A stretch of DNA of 64,000 nucleotides. Origin: an uncultured Alphaproteobacteria bacterium (GTDB lineage: Bacteria > Pseudomonadota > Alphaproteobacteria > HIMB59 > GCA-002718135). The position numbers and the translations under genes were made by a program. The notes beneath the pieces are model-generated. The model was not told where the DNA came from. It was given only the letters and a program-made list of their open reading frames with translations, and did no database searches. Positions within the stretch are counted from its first letter, which is position 1; each line of letters opens with the position of its first letter. Location of the stretch: NCBI GenBank assembly GCA_902560725.1, contig CACEMR010000007.1, forward strand, positions 1,995-65,994. The letters run 5' to 3'. Below are positions 1-8,860 of the stretch, piece after piece.

Positions 1-2
1 TA

Positions 3-941
3 ATAACTCATCTTTTAAAAGCACCAGTGCAAGACGGCGGACAATGGGATATGTTTGTTAATTTAATTAATAAATATGGTGCTGTACCTAAAGATGTGAT
101 GCCTGAAACAAATCATAGCAGTAAATCTGGTGCTATGAATTATATTCTTACACACAAATTAAGAGAGTTTGCTTCTATACTAAGAAAGAAACCAGCAAAA
201 AATTCTTCAGCTCTTAAAAAAGACATGATGGAAACAATCTATAATTTACTTGCAATGTTTCTTGGTCAACCGCCTGATGTTATCAATTGGTCCACTAGAA
301 ATAAAGATAATAGACACATTGTCATTTCAGATATGACACCGATTGATTTCTGTAAAAAATATGCTGATATCAATATTAAAAATAAAGTTTGCTTAATTCA
401 TGCCCCAATGAGCAATAAAAAATTTAATACAATGTACACGGTTGAATATCTAGGTAATGTTGTTGAAGGACAAATTATTAAATATCTTAATGTGGATATT
501 AAAGAATTAAAAAAATCTGCAATGGATTCAATAAAAAACAATGAAGCTGTGTGGTTTGGTTGTGATGTTGGTAAACGTTTTAGTCGTGATATGGGTGTGC
601 TTGATATGGGCATTTACGACTATGAAAATGTCTTCCAAACTTCATTTAAAATGAATAAACAGACTCGCTTAGAGTACGGTGATAGTGAAATGACTCATGC
701 CATGCTTTTAACAGGTGTCGATATTAAAAAAAGAAATTCAACTAAATGGAAAATTGAAAATAGCTGGGGGACAAAAGGCGGCAATCAAGGATATATGATG
801 ATGACCGATGAATGGTTTGATGAATATACCTATGAAGTTGTCATTGATAAAAAATATCTAAATAAAAAACTTTTAAAATATTTAGACATGGAACCAGTAG
901 CACTTGCGCCTTGGGATCCAATGGGTGCTTTAGCTAGATAA
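3..941 (+). CDS. pepC: Aminopeptidase C / bleomycin hydrolase (peptidase C1B), 5'-truncated by window edge
   Basis: The frame is open from position 3 (ITHLLKAPVQDGGQWDM). C1B motifs DGGQWDM, VWFGCDV, MTHAM (catalytic His), KIENSWG (catalytic Asn) and the C-terminal WDPMGALA are present. The catalytic Cys lies upstream of the window. Confidence 0.93.
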   Translation: MTHLLKAPVQDGGQWDMFVNLINKYGAVPKDVMPETNHSSKSGAMNYILTHKLREFASILRKKPAKNSSALKKDMMETIYNLLAMFLGQPPDVINWSTRNKDNRHIVISDMTPIDFCKKYADINIKNKVCLIHAPMSNKKFNTMYTVEYLGNVVEGQIIKYLNVDIKELKKSAMDSIKNNEAVWFGCDVGKRFSRDMGVLDMGIYDYENVFQTSFKMNKQTRLEYGDSEMTHAMLLTGVDIKKRNSTKWKIENSWGTKGGNQGYMMMTDEWFDEYTYEVVIDKKYLNKKLLKYLDMEPVALAPWDPMGALAR

Positions 942-942
942 G

Positions 943-1170
943 TTGAATAAAGATAACGCATCTAAAATTTGGAAAATAATTCAAGAAACAGGTGATTTTT
1001 TAAAAGGAAAACTATCTGATCACCCTAATCATCCGAAAGGCAGAAATCCTTATGCTCATGTAGCATTAGAGGTAAAAAATTATTTTGGGATGACCTATAA
1101 AGATATTCCAGATGAAAAATTTAATGATGTTATTAATTATCTTGAAGAAATAAAATCTAATCCTGAGTAG
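943..1170 (+). CDS. Small hypothetical protein (75 aa) with an ORF6C-like C-terminal motif
   Basis: TTG start 1 nt after the pepC stop; globular-looking sequence. FGMTYKDIPDEKFNDVINYL resembles the F-x2-3-[ST]YKDI-x3-F-x2-[AV]-x2-[FY][IL] pattern of ORF6C domains (recalled, not searched). Confidence 0.65.
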   Translation: MNKDNASKIWKIIQETGDFLKGKLSDHPNHPKGRNPYAHVALEVKNYFGMTYKDIPDEKFNDVINYLEEIKSNPE

Positions 1171-2338
1171 TTATTCTTTGATTACTATGAATGGGTAAGA
1201 AAATAATAAAGATTGAAACTACAGCCATCATTATCGCATTAATTAAAAACAAATAAGTAAACTCTAAAGTTATGGAATATATTTCTGAAATTAAGAATAC
1301 CGAAATTGGTCCTGATCCAAATGCAAGAATAAACTTAATTCCATACACAACACCATGATACTTTTGAGGCGTAAACCTCCCAAGTAGCAGATTTTCAGTA
1401 GGAAGAATACTTGCATTAAATACGGCAGCTAGAATACATAACACCACTAAAGAGTAACCAGATATGTAAGCTATACCAAGATAACACGGAAACTGAAAAA
1501 ATATACCAATTATGTAAATTGTTTTTAAATTAAATCTATCAGCAAGTAAGCCTCCGATAAATGTTGTAGCTCCAGAAATTAAATAGATAACAGCTATCAT
1601 AAATCCAATTTGAATAGAGTTTATATTACCAATTCGTATTTCAAAAACTTTAGGTAATGCTGTTTGTGTATTATGAAAAGATAATCCAAGAGCAAACATT
1701 GATAAAAGCATTATTAATGCAATTAAAATCATTTCGTTACGCGAATGATCTTGCTGATCATTTTTAATGAAATAATTTTTGTAAGATATTTTATCAATTA
1801 AGATTAAGTAAATAAGAATAAATCCAATAATAATAGATATTAAACCAGGCAATATAAAAGCTAGTTGCCAAGTTAGTAATTCGGTTAGAGTGCCAGCTAC
1901 AAATGCTCCAGACCCTATCCCTATCCCACCAAAAATACCATTTATACCAAGCGCTCTTCCCTGTTTGTTTGCTGCATGAATAACCCAAGGAATACCAACA
2001 GGGTGATAAATTGAACAGAAAAGTCCTAGTAGTGATAATGAAAAAAATAAAAAAGAAACTGATGTGCTTAAACCACATAATATAGAAGCTAATCCCATTC
2101 CAATAAACATAATTGTCATAGTTCCTGAACGAGACCATTTATCACTTAACCACCCGAAAGGAATTGCCCCTAAGCCAATTAATAAAGCTCCAAGTGACCA
2201 TAAACGAATTAATTGATCATAAGAAATATTCCATTCCTTTTCTATCGTCAGAACGATTACAAAATAAAATGCTGCAAACATATGCATAAGCGCATGACCT
2301 ATTGAAGAAAATAGGAGTGTATAAAAAGTATTATTCAA
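1157..2338 (-). CDS. MFS transporter
   Basis: 393 aa with about 12 hydrophobic segments; MFS motif A variants GWLSDKWSR and GLLADRFNLK. Confidence 0.9.
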   Translation of the reverse strand: MNNTFYTLLFSSIGHALMHMFAAFYFVIVLTIEKEWNISYDQLIRLWSLGALLIGLGAIPFGWLSDKWSRSGTMTIMFIGMGLASILCGLSTSVSFLFFSLSLLGLFCSIYHPVGIPWVIHAANKQGRALGINGIFGGIGIGSGAFVAGTLTELLTWQLAFILPGLISIIIGFILIYLILIDKISYKNYFIKNDQQDHSRNEMILIALIMLLSMFALGLSFHNTQTALPKVFEIRIGNINSIQIGFMIAVIYLISGATTFIGGLLADRFNLKTIYIIGIFFQFPCYLGIAYISGYSLVVLCILAAVFNASILPTENLLLGRFTPQKYHGVVYGIKFILAFGSGPISVFLISEIYSITLEFTYLFLINAIMMAVVSIFIIFLPIHSNQRITTQD

Positions 2339-2726
2339 ACTCTTCGTAATTAATTGAAAGAGAATTTACACAATATCTTTTGCCAGTTGGCTCGGGGCCA
2401 TCATCAAAGACATGGCCTAAATGTGCATCACATTTGGCACACATAATTTCAATACGGACCATTCCATGGGATCTATCAGTCTCTGTTTTAATTGCTTCAG
2501 GTGATATTTGTTCGAAAAAACTTGGCCATCCACAATAAGAGTCATATTTTGTTGAACTATTAAATAATTCATTACCACAGCATTTACATTTAAAAATACC
2601 GCCATTAATAATTTCAAAATTTTTACCAGAGAAAGGAGGTTCTGTACCCTTTTGCCTTGTTACATAATATTCATCTTCTGTTAAAAAAGATTTCCATTCT
2701 GTGTCCGTTTTTGTAATTTTACTCAT
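2331..2726 (-). CDS. msrB: Peptide-methionine (R)-S-oxide reductase
   Basis: GTEPPFSG, Zn ligands CKCC and CAKC, CGWPSF, HLGHVFDDGP, catalytic RYCVNS. Confidence 0.97.
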   Translation of the reverse strand: MSKITKTDTEWKSFLTEDEYYVTRQKGTEPPFSGKNFEIINGGIFKCKCCGNELFNSSTKYDSYCGWPSFFEQISPEAIKTETDRSHGMVRIEIMCAKCDAHLGHVFDDGPEPTGKRYCVNSLSINYEEFE

Positions 2727-3618
2727 TTGATAATTTTATATTGGATAATATAATTCCCGATAGTATAAAAAGTACACCGATAACATGAAAAAATGCAAAT
2801 TTTTCATTTAAAAAAGAAATTGCCCATATTGCACTAAAGACAGGTATTAAATGTAAGAAAAGACTAGCTCTATTTGGCCCAATTATTGAAACACCTTTGT
2901 TCCATGAAAAAAAAGCTACAATACTAGCAAAGACTGCAACATAACTAATTATAGCTAAATCTAATCCAGTTGATGGGAGATAAGTCGAATTAAATGACTC
3001 CATAAAATAAAAAGGTATTATAAATATCACACCTATAATTATCATCACTTCTAAATTTGCTAGTTGTGAAGTTTTACTATCAATTTTTTTTAGCAAAACA
3101 GAATATAAGCACCAAGAAACAACAGCAGCTAACATCCATAAGTCACCAGCAGTGAAATATAAATTATATAAATTGTTTAAGTTACCCTTTAGGACAATAG
3201 CAAAAGCACCAAGCAAAGATAAAACGATACCTGTAAATTGTAGGGTTGTTGTTTTAGTTCTAAATATTAACCAAGAAAAACCTATCATCATAACAGGCGC
3301 AACAGATGCCATTAATGTTGAATTAATAACCATAGTAGTTCGAAGGGAAATATAAGTAAAAGAATTAAAGATTGTGACTCCTAAGATCGAAATTACAGTC
3401 ATTAATAGAATATTTTTTTTATAATATTCTAAATCTTTAATTATTTGAGCATAAGTAAAAGGTAGTAAAATAAGTAATGCAAGTATCCAACGAAAAAAAC
3501 TTAGTTTAAAAGGAGAGAGGTCTGATAAAAATGCTATCTTTCCAGAAAAAAAATTTCCTGACCAAAAAAATGAAGAAGCTATTAATAGAACAATAGCTAA
3601 AACTAAGTTTCTTGACAT
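2719..3618 (-). CDS. DMT/EamA family transporter
   Basis: 299 aa, two EamA-like repeats, about 10 TM; WSGNF, FFRW and WNKGVSIIGPNRASLF motifs. Confidence 0.9.
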   Translation of the reverse strand: MSRNLVLAIVLLIASSFFWSGNFFSGKIAFLSDLSPFKLSFFRWILALLILLPFTYAQIIKDLEYYKKNILLMTVISILGVTIFNSFTYISLRTTMVINSTLMASVAPVMMIGFSWLIFRTKTTTLQFTGIVLSLLGAFAIVLKGNLNNLYNLYFTAGDLWMLAAVVSWCLYSVLLKKIDSKTSQLANLEVMIIIGVIFIIPFYFMESFNSTYLPSTGLDLAIISYVAVFASIVAFFSWNKGVSIIGPNRASLFLHLIPVFSAIWAISFLNEKFAFFHVIGVLFILSGIILSNIKLSNE

Positions 3619-4491
3619 TTACTTGTCGACTAAAATCATAAGTGAAGAGGTGTCAAGCCGATTACCTCCATTTTTTTGCACTTCTTCATAATATTTATCT
3701 ACAATTTCTGTTACAGGTAATGAAGCTCCATTTTTTTTAGCTTCATTAAAACAAATAGATAAATCTTTACGCATCCAATCAACAGCAAAACCATAATCAA
3801 ATTTACCATTTAGCATTGTTCTATATCTATTTTCCATTTGCCAAGACTGAGCAGCACCCTTTGAGATAACATTTAATACTTTTTCCATATCAACTTTTGC
3901 CTTTTTACCAAATGCCATTCCCTCTGATAATCCTTGCACTAGACCTGCAATACAAATTTGATTAATCATTTTAGCAATTTGTCCAGAGCCTGAAGGTCCA
4001 ATTAACTCAATTGCTTTTCCATATGACTCTAAAACTGGCTTTACAACTTCAAAATCTTTTTTTTCACCACCGAGCATAATTGATAAAACACCATTTTCTG
4101 CTCCAGCTTGACCACCTGATACTGGTGCATCTAAAAAAGAAATATTCATTTCTTGAAGTTTTGTAAAATATGTTCTGGCTATTTCCGCAGATGCAGTCGT
4201 ATGATCAACAATAGTTAATCCACCTTTTGCAGAAGAAAGAATGCCATTGTTTCCTTCCATTACTTCAATAATATCTTCATCACGACCAACACACATAAAA
4301 ACAATTTCTGCATTTAAACAAGCTTCATTTGGAGTCTTCCCCATCTTACCACCATATTCTTCAACCCATTTTTTTGCTTTAGACTCAGTACGATTGAAAA
4401 CAGTAACATTGTATCCATTTTTTTGTAGATGACCTGCCATCGGATATCCCATTACACCTAGACCAACAAATGATACATTTTTTATAATCAT
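3619..4491 (-). CDS. NAD(P)-dependent oxidoreductase, beta-hydroxyacid dehydrogenase family (GarR/MmsB-like)
   Basis: FVGLGVMGYPMA Rossmann motif, FLDAPVSGG, catalytic Lys in AKMINQ; substrate not assignable. Confidence 0.9.
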   Translation of the reverse strand: MIIKNVSFVGLGVMGYPMAGHLQKNGYNVTVFNRTESKAKKWVEEYGGKMGKTPNEACLNAEIVFMCVGRDEDIIEVMEGNNGILSSAKGGLTIVDHTTASAEIARTYFTKLQEMNISFLDAPVSGGQAGAENGVLSIMLGGEKKDFEVVKPVLESYGKAIELIGPSGSGQIAKMINQICIAGLVQGLSEGMAFGKKAKVDMEKVLNVISKGAAQSWQMENRYRTMLNGKFDYGFAVDWMRKDLSICFNEAKKNGASLPVTEIVDKYYEEVQKNGGNRLDTSSLMILVDK

Positions 4492-4492
4492 A

Positions 4493-5293
4493 TTAAACTC
4501 CTAATTTATTTAAAATTTGTAAATTAAATTCTTTTGAATTCCCAACTATTAAATTGTTATTTTTTTTTGTAAAATTGTATGGCTGGCGATCAAAATCTAT
4601 GTCTGAGCACCCAGCCTCTCTTATAAATAATACTCCTGGAATATGATCCCATGGTGAAAGCTTGGATAAAATAGCAAAGTTTCTTTGACCTAATCCTATA
4701 TCTAAATATTCATATCCTATACATCTATAAGATTTAACTTCTGCAAATTCATTTTTTAAATTTTTAATTTGATCCCAATATTTTTTATCCCAATATTTAG
4801 TACTAATTGATCCAATTGCTGTATCTAAACTATTTACGCCATTTGTTTTTATTTTCTTATGATTAATAAATGCCCCTTCATTAAAAATTGCATGAGACAT
4901 AACTTTTTCTAAAGGTTTATAGATCCAAGAATAAAGAATTTGTTCTTTTTTTGTTAAAGCAATCATTATAGCAAATTTCTCTCTTCCTTTAACAAAGTTT
5001 GTTGTTCCGTCTATGGGGTCTACTGTCCAACAATAATCATCTTCTTGATATGATTTTAATATATTATGATTAGTTGAATATTCTTCTTCGCCAATAAAAC
5101 TAGAAGATGGAATTATCTTAAGAAGATTTTTTTTTAATTCTTTTTCAGCAGCAATATCAGCAGAGGTTACTAGGTCAGATCCATTCTTATATTTGATATC
5201 TTCTTCTTTAAGATTTTGATATTTTGGTAAAATTATATTTTTACTGATATTAAAACAAATATCATAAATATCTTCTTGTTTTATATTAACCAT
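4493..5293 (-). CDS. Inositol monophosphatase family protein
   Basis: FIGEE, WTVDPIDGTTNF and PWDH metal-binding motifs. Confidence 0.92.
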   Translation of the reverse strand: MVNIKQEDIYDICFNISKNIILPKYQNLKEEDIKYKNGSDLVTSADIAAEKELKKNLLKIIPSSSFIGEEEYSTNHNILKSYQEDDYCWTVDPIDGTTNFVKGREKFAIMIALTKKEQILYSWIYKPLEKVMSHAIFNEGAFINHKKIKTNGVNSLDTAIGSISTKYWDKKYWDQIKNLKNEFAEVKSYRCIGYEYLDIGLGQRNFAILSKLSPWDHIPGVLFIREAGCSDIDFDRQPYNFTKKNNNLIVGNSKEFNLQILNKLGV

Positions 5294-6131
5294 TCATACA
5301 TGATTTAGTGTACATTTCTGCAAGTTTCAAAGTAATATTTCCAATTTTACCATTATTAATTTTCTTTTTATCAATTTTTAGTATTGGAGTAATAAAACTT
5401 CCTGAACTAGTTAAAAAAACCTCGTCAGCATCCAATAATTGCTTATGAGTAAAACTTTTTTCTACTAATTTAAGAGAAGTTTTTTTTATAATTTTTAAAA
5501 TTGATGTTCTTGTTACACCTTTTAAAATATCTGTATTTGCTGGATGAGTTATCAAATTATTTTTTTTAATTATCCATATATTAGAAGATGTACCTTCAGT
5601 TACTTTACCATTTTTCAATAAAATTGCTTCGTAAGCTTTCATTTTTTTTGCTTTGTTTGCAGCAATAATATTTGGTAGAAGATTAACTGTTTTAATGTCT
5701 CTTCTTTTCCAGCGTAAATCTTCATGCGTTACTGTATTTACACCTTTAAAATTTTTACCTGGAAGATTAAATTTTTTATTTCGAGTATAAATTATCAAAG
5801 TTGGCGTTATTTTATCCTCATATTTGTGTTCTCTGTATTGAACACCTCTAGTTACTTGCAAATAAATAATACCATTTAATGTATTATTTTTATTAAGTAA
5901 TTTTAAAAATATTTTTTTTAAATCATTATGATAAAATTTATATTTTATATCAAGCTCTGCTAAAGAATAGCGTAATCTTTTTAAATGGAAATCCAAATCA
6001 ATTAAATTTCCATTAAGAACAGCAATTACTTCATATACGCTATCAGCAAATTGCAAACCTCTATCTTCTATATGAATTTTAGCATTCTTAAAGTTAACAT
6101 ATTTATTGTTAATATAAGCAGTCTTAGGCAT
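5286..6131 (-). CDS. dat: D-amino-acid aminotransferase (PLP class IV)
   Basis: DRGLQFADSVYEV, RWKRRDIKTVNLL (PLP Lys), EGTSSN, ILKGVTR; usual position downstream of ntrX/trkA. Confidence 0.85.
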   Translation of the reverse strand: MPKTAYINNKYVNFKNAKIHIEDRGLQFADSVYEVIAVLNGNLIDLDFHLKRLRYSLAELDIKYKFYHNDLKKIFLKLLNKNNTLNGIIYLQVTRGVQYREHKYEDKITPTLIIYTRNKKFNLPGKNFKGVNTVTHEDLRWKRRDIKTVNLLPNIIAANKAKKMKAYEAILLKNGKVTEGTSSNIWIIKKNNLITHPANTDILKGVTRTSILKIIKKTSLKLVEKSFTHKQLLDADEVFLTSSGSFITPILKIDKKKINNGKIGNITLKLAEMYTKSCMNG

Positions 6132-6139
6132 CTATATCA

Positions 6140-7504
6140 CTAAACTTTAGATAAAAGTTTTTCTAATTTTTTAATACAGTTTGTTTCTGCAAAAAAAACT
6201 ACATCATCATTTTCTTTAAATATTGTTTGGCTATTTGGAATTATAACTTTTTTATCTCTTAAAATAGACCCAATTCTGATACCTTTTGGTAAATTCAATT
6301 CTTTTAAATTTTTATTACATAAAGTAGAGTCTGGTTGAATGTCTGCTTCAATAACTTCACCAAAACCATCTCCTATTGAGTAGTCATTTCTTATCTTAAC
6401 ACCTCTTACTTTTTCTAATATTTTTGAAATTGTAATTATTTTTGGATCAATAGTCATATCAACGCCAATATTTGTTAATAGTGATGAATAATTACTATTA
6501 TTTATAAGAGTTAAAGATACAGATGCTCCTGCCCTTTTTGCAAGTAAAGACGATAATATATTAACTTCGTCATCTTCAGTTACAGAAATACAATATCCAG
6601 CCTCAGAAATATTAACTTCTTCTAAAATTTGATTATCTAGCCCGTCGCCATTTGTTACAGTAACATTTTCTAGGTTTGTTGCTAAAAATTCTGCTCTTTC
6701 TTTATTATATTCAATTAACTCAGTTTTAATGTATGTATCTGATTTTTCTATTAACTGAGCAAGAGAAAAACCTATATTTCCACCCCCAATAATTACCACT
6801 TTTTTTGCCAGAATTTCCTGATGACCAAATTCTAATAAAACATCAGTTAAATTCTCAGTTTCAACAACTAGAAAAATAGAGTCATTCTTTTCAATTTTTG
6901 TAGAAGAATTTACTGTAAATTTTTTATCCCCGCGGATAATAAACATTATATTAGCTAAGTAATTTGGAAATTTTTGAGATAATTCTCTTACGGTCAAACC
7001 AGCGTGAGCAAAATTATCTTCACATTTTAATCCAACTAATTTTAATTTTTTATCTGATAATTCAAGCATATCTATAGTGCCTGGTGAGATTAATCTTCTA
7101 TAAAGTGATTTAGCAACTTCTTGTTCTGGAGAAATTATTGCATCAATAGGAAAATTGTTGTCATTATATAAACTTTGCCATTGATCTCTCAAATAATCTT
7201 GTTGCCTTATTCTTGCAATTTTTTTTGGAATTTTGAATAACGAATGTCCAATTTGACAAGTAACCATGTTTGTTTCATCACTTTTGGTTACTGCAATTAA
7301 AATTTCACAATCTTCAGCACCTGCATCCATTAAAACAGAAGGTAAACTAGGAGTACCATTAATTGTCTTTACATCTAAACTTTCTGAAACTTTTGAAAGT
7401 CTATCATCAGATTCATCAATAACTGTTACTTCAAAATTTTCTTTTGATAATTTATCAGCTATACTATAGCCAACATCGCCTGCACCACAAATAATCGTTT
7501 TCAT
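6140..7504 (-). CDS. trkA: Trk potassium uptake system NAD-binding subunit
   Basis: Two RCK_N/RCK_C repeats with GAGDVG and GGGNIG; 454 aa. Confidence 0.96.
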   Translation of the reverse strand: MKTIICGAGDVGYSIADKLSKENFEVTVIDESDDRLSKVSESLDVKTINGTPSLPSVLMDAGAEDCEILIAVTKSDETNMVTCQIGHSLFKIPKKIARIRQQDYLRDQWQSLYNDNNFPIDAIISPEQEVAKSLYRRLISPGTIDMLELSDKKLKLVGLKCEDNFAHAGLTVRELSQKFPNYLANIMFIIRGDKKFTVNSSTKIEKNDSIFLVVETENLTDVLLEFGHQEILAKKVVIIGGGNIGFSLAQLIEKSDTYIKTELIEYNKERAEFLATNLENVTVTNGDGLDNQILEEVNISEAGYCISVTEDDEVNILSSLLAKRAGASVSLTLINNSNYSSLLTNIGVDMTIDPKIITISKILEKVRGVKIRNDYSIGDGFGEVIEADIQPDSTLCNKNLKELNLPKGIRIGSILRDKKVIIPNSQTIFKENDDVVFFAETNCIKKLEKLLSKV

Positions 7505-7516
7505 ATAATAATTTTA

Positions 7517-8860
7517 TTAATCTATTTTAATATCAAGTGATTTAATTTTTCTATAAAGTGCTGTTCTTTCCATGCCGGTAAAATCAGAAACTTTAGATAT
7601 ATTACCATTAAATCGATTTATTTGCGATATTAAATATTCTTTTTCAAATTCAAATCTAGCTTCTTTTAGTGACTTATCTAAAGATTGATTTGATGAAATA
7701 CTAGAACTATCATCACCCATTTGTAAAGCAAGATCATCAACTTCTAGTTCATTTGAATGATTATTGTCTTGGTTTAATATCAAACTTTTTTCAACATAAT
7801 TTATTAACTGTGATACGTTACCAGGCCAATCATAAGTTTGTAGTTTTGTTAATGCTGATTTAGAAAATTTAAAATTATGTCCACTTCCACTGATTTCTGC
7901 AAGGTAGTGATTTAAAATAGGTAAGATATCATCCCTTCTTTGCGATAATGGAATAGTTTTAATGCTTACTGTTGATATTCTATCTAAGAGTCTTTTTAAA
8001 AAATTACCTTTATCAATTTCTAAATTTAATTTTTTTTCCGATATACTTATAATTTTTAAGTTGAGCTTAATATCATGATTTTCAAAAAAATTTTTATTTT
8101 CTAAAAAAAATATTAATTTTTTTTGATAATGCAATGGAAGATATTCAATATTTAACAAAATTAAAGTGTTATTATTTGATCTTACAAATAAATTTTCATT
8201 TAAATTTTCTTTAGTATCTAAAAATAATTTATCTAGAGCTTCATTAGTTAATTTTCTAAAATCAATTGCAACTGGCAATTTATCTTTAAATTGTGACTTT
8301 TGATGAATAAAGTTAGCTAGGTGTTTTTTACCTGTTCCAAATTCTCCTGATATATACAATCTGGAATTTGAAACAGCTTGTTCATTAATAATCTTTGATA
8401 ATTTTTTAATAAATTGAGAATTACCTACTAGAGGTTTATTAGGAACAACTAGATCTTTTAAATCCTTATTTTCATTTATCAATTGAGAGCTTTCTATTGC
8501 TCTTCTTGCTAATATAATTAACTTGTCACTATTGAATGGTTTTTCCAAAAAATCATAAGCTCCATTTTTAATTGATTTTACAGCAAGATCTACTGTGCCA
8601 TGACCACTGATAATGATAATTGGAATTTTACTATCTAAAGATTTAAATTCTTTTAAAAGCTCAATTCCATCTAATTTACTATTTGAAAGCCACACATCTA
8701 AAATAATAAGATCTGGTTTATTTTCAGAAAATTTCTTAATTGCTTCATCAGAATTAAGCGCACTAATTGTTATATATTTTTCATCTTTTAAAATTTCAGA
8801 AATTAAAAAACAAATATCTTTTTCATCATCTATTATTAATACTTTATGCATTTTGATCAA
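7517..8860 (-). CDS. ntrX: NtrX response regulator (REC, degenerate AAA+, Fis-type HTH)
   Basis: REC domain with LDVW (phospho-Asp), SGHG and EKPF; Walker A GEFGTGK; WPGNVSQL; C-terminal LKEARFEFEKEYL...GMERTALYRK; directly downstream of ntrY. Confidence 0.92.
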   Translation of the reverse strand: MIKMHKVLIIDDEKDICFLISEILKDEKYITISALNSDEAIKKFSENKPDLIILDVWLSNSKLDGIELLKEFKSLDSKIPIIIISGHGTVDLAVKSIKNGAYDFLEKPFNSDKLIILARRAIESSQLINENKDLKDLVVPNKPLVGNSQFIKKLSKIINEQAVSNSRLYISGEFGTGKKHLANFIHQKSQFKDKLPVAIDFRKLTNEALDKLFLDTKENLNENLFVRSNNNTLILLNIEYLPLHYQKKLIFFLENKNFFENHDIKLNLKIISISEKKLNLEIDKGNFLKRLLDRISTVSIKTIPLSQRRDDILPILNHYLAEISGSGHNFKFSKSALTKLQTYDWPGNVSQLINYVEKSLILNQDNNHSNELEVDDLALQMGDDSSSISSNQSLDKSLKEARFEFEKEYLISQINRFNGNISKVSDFTGMERTALYRKIKSLDIKID

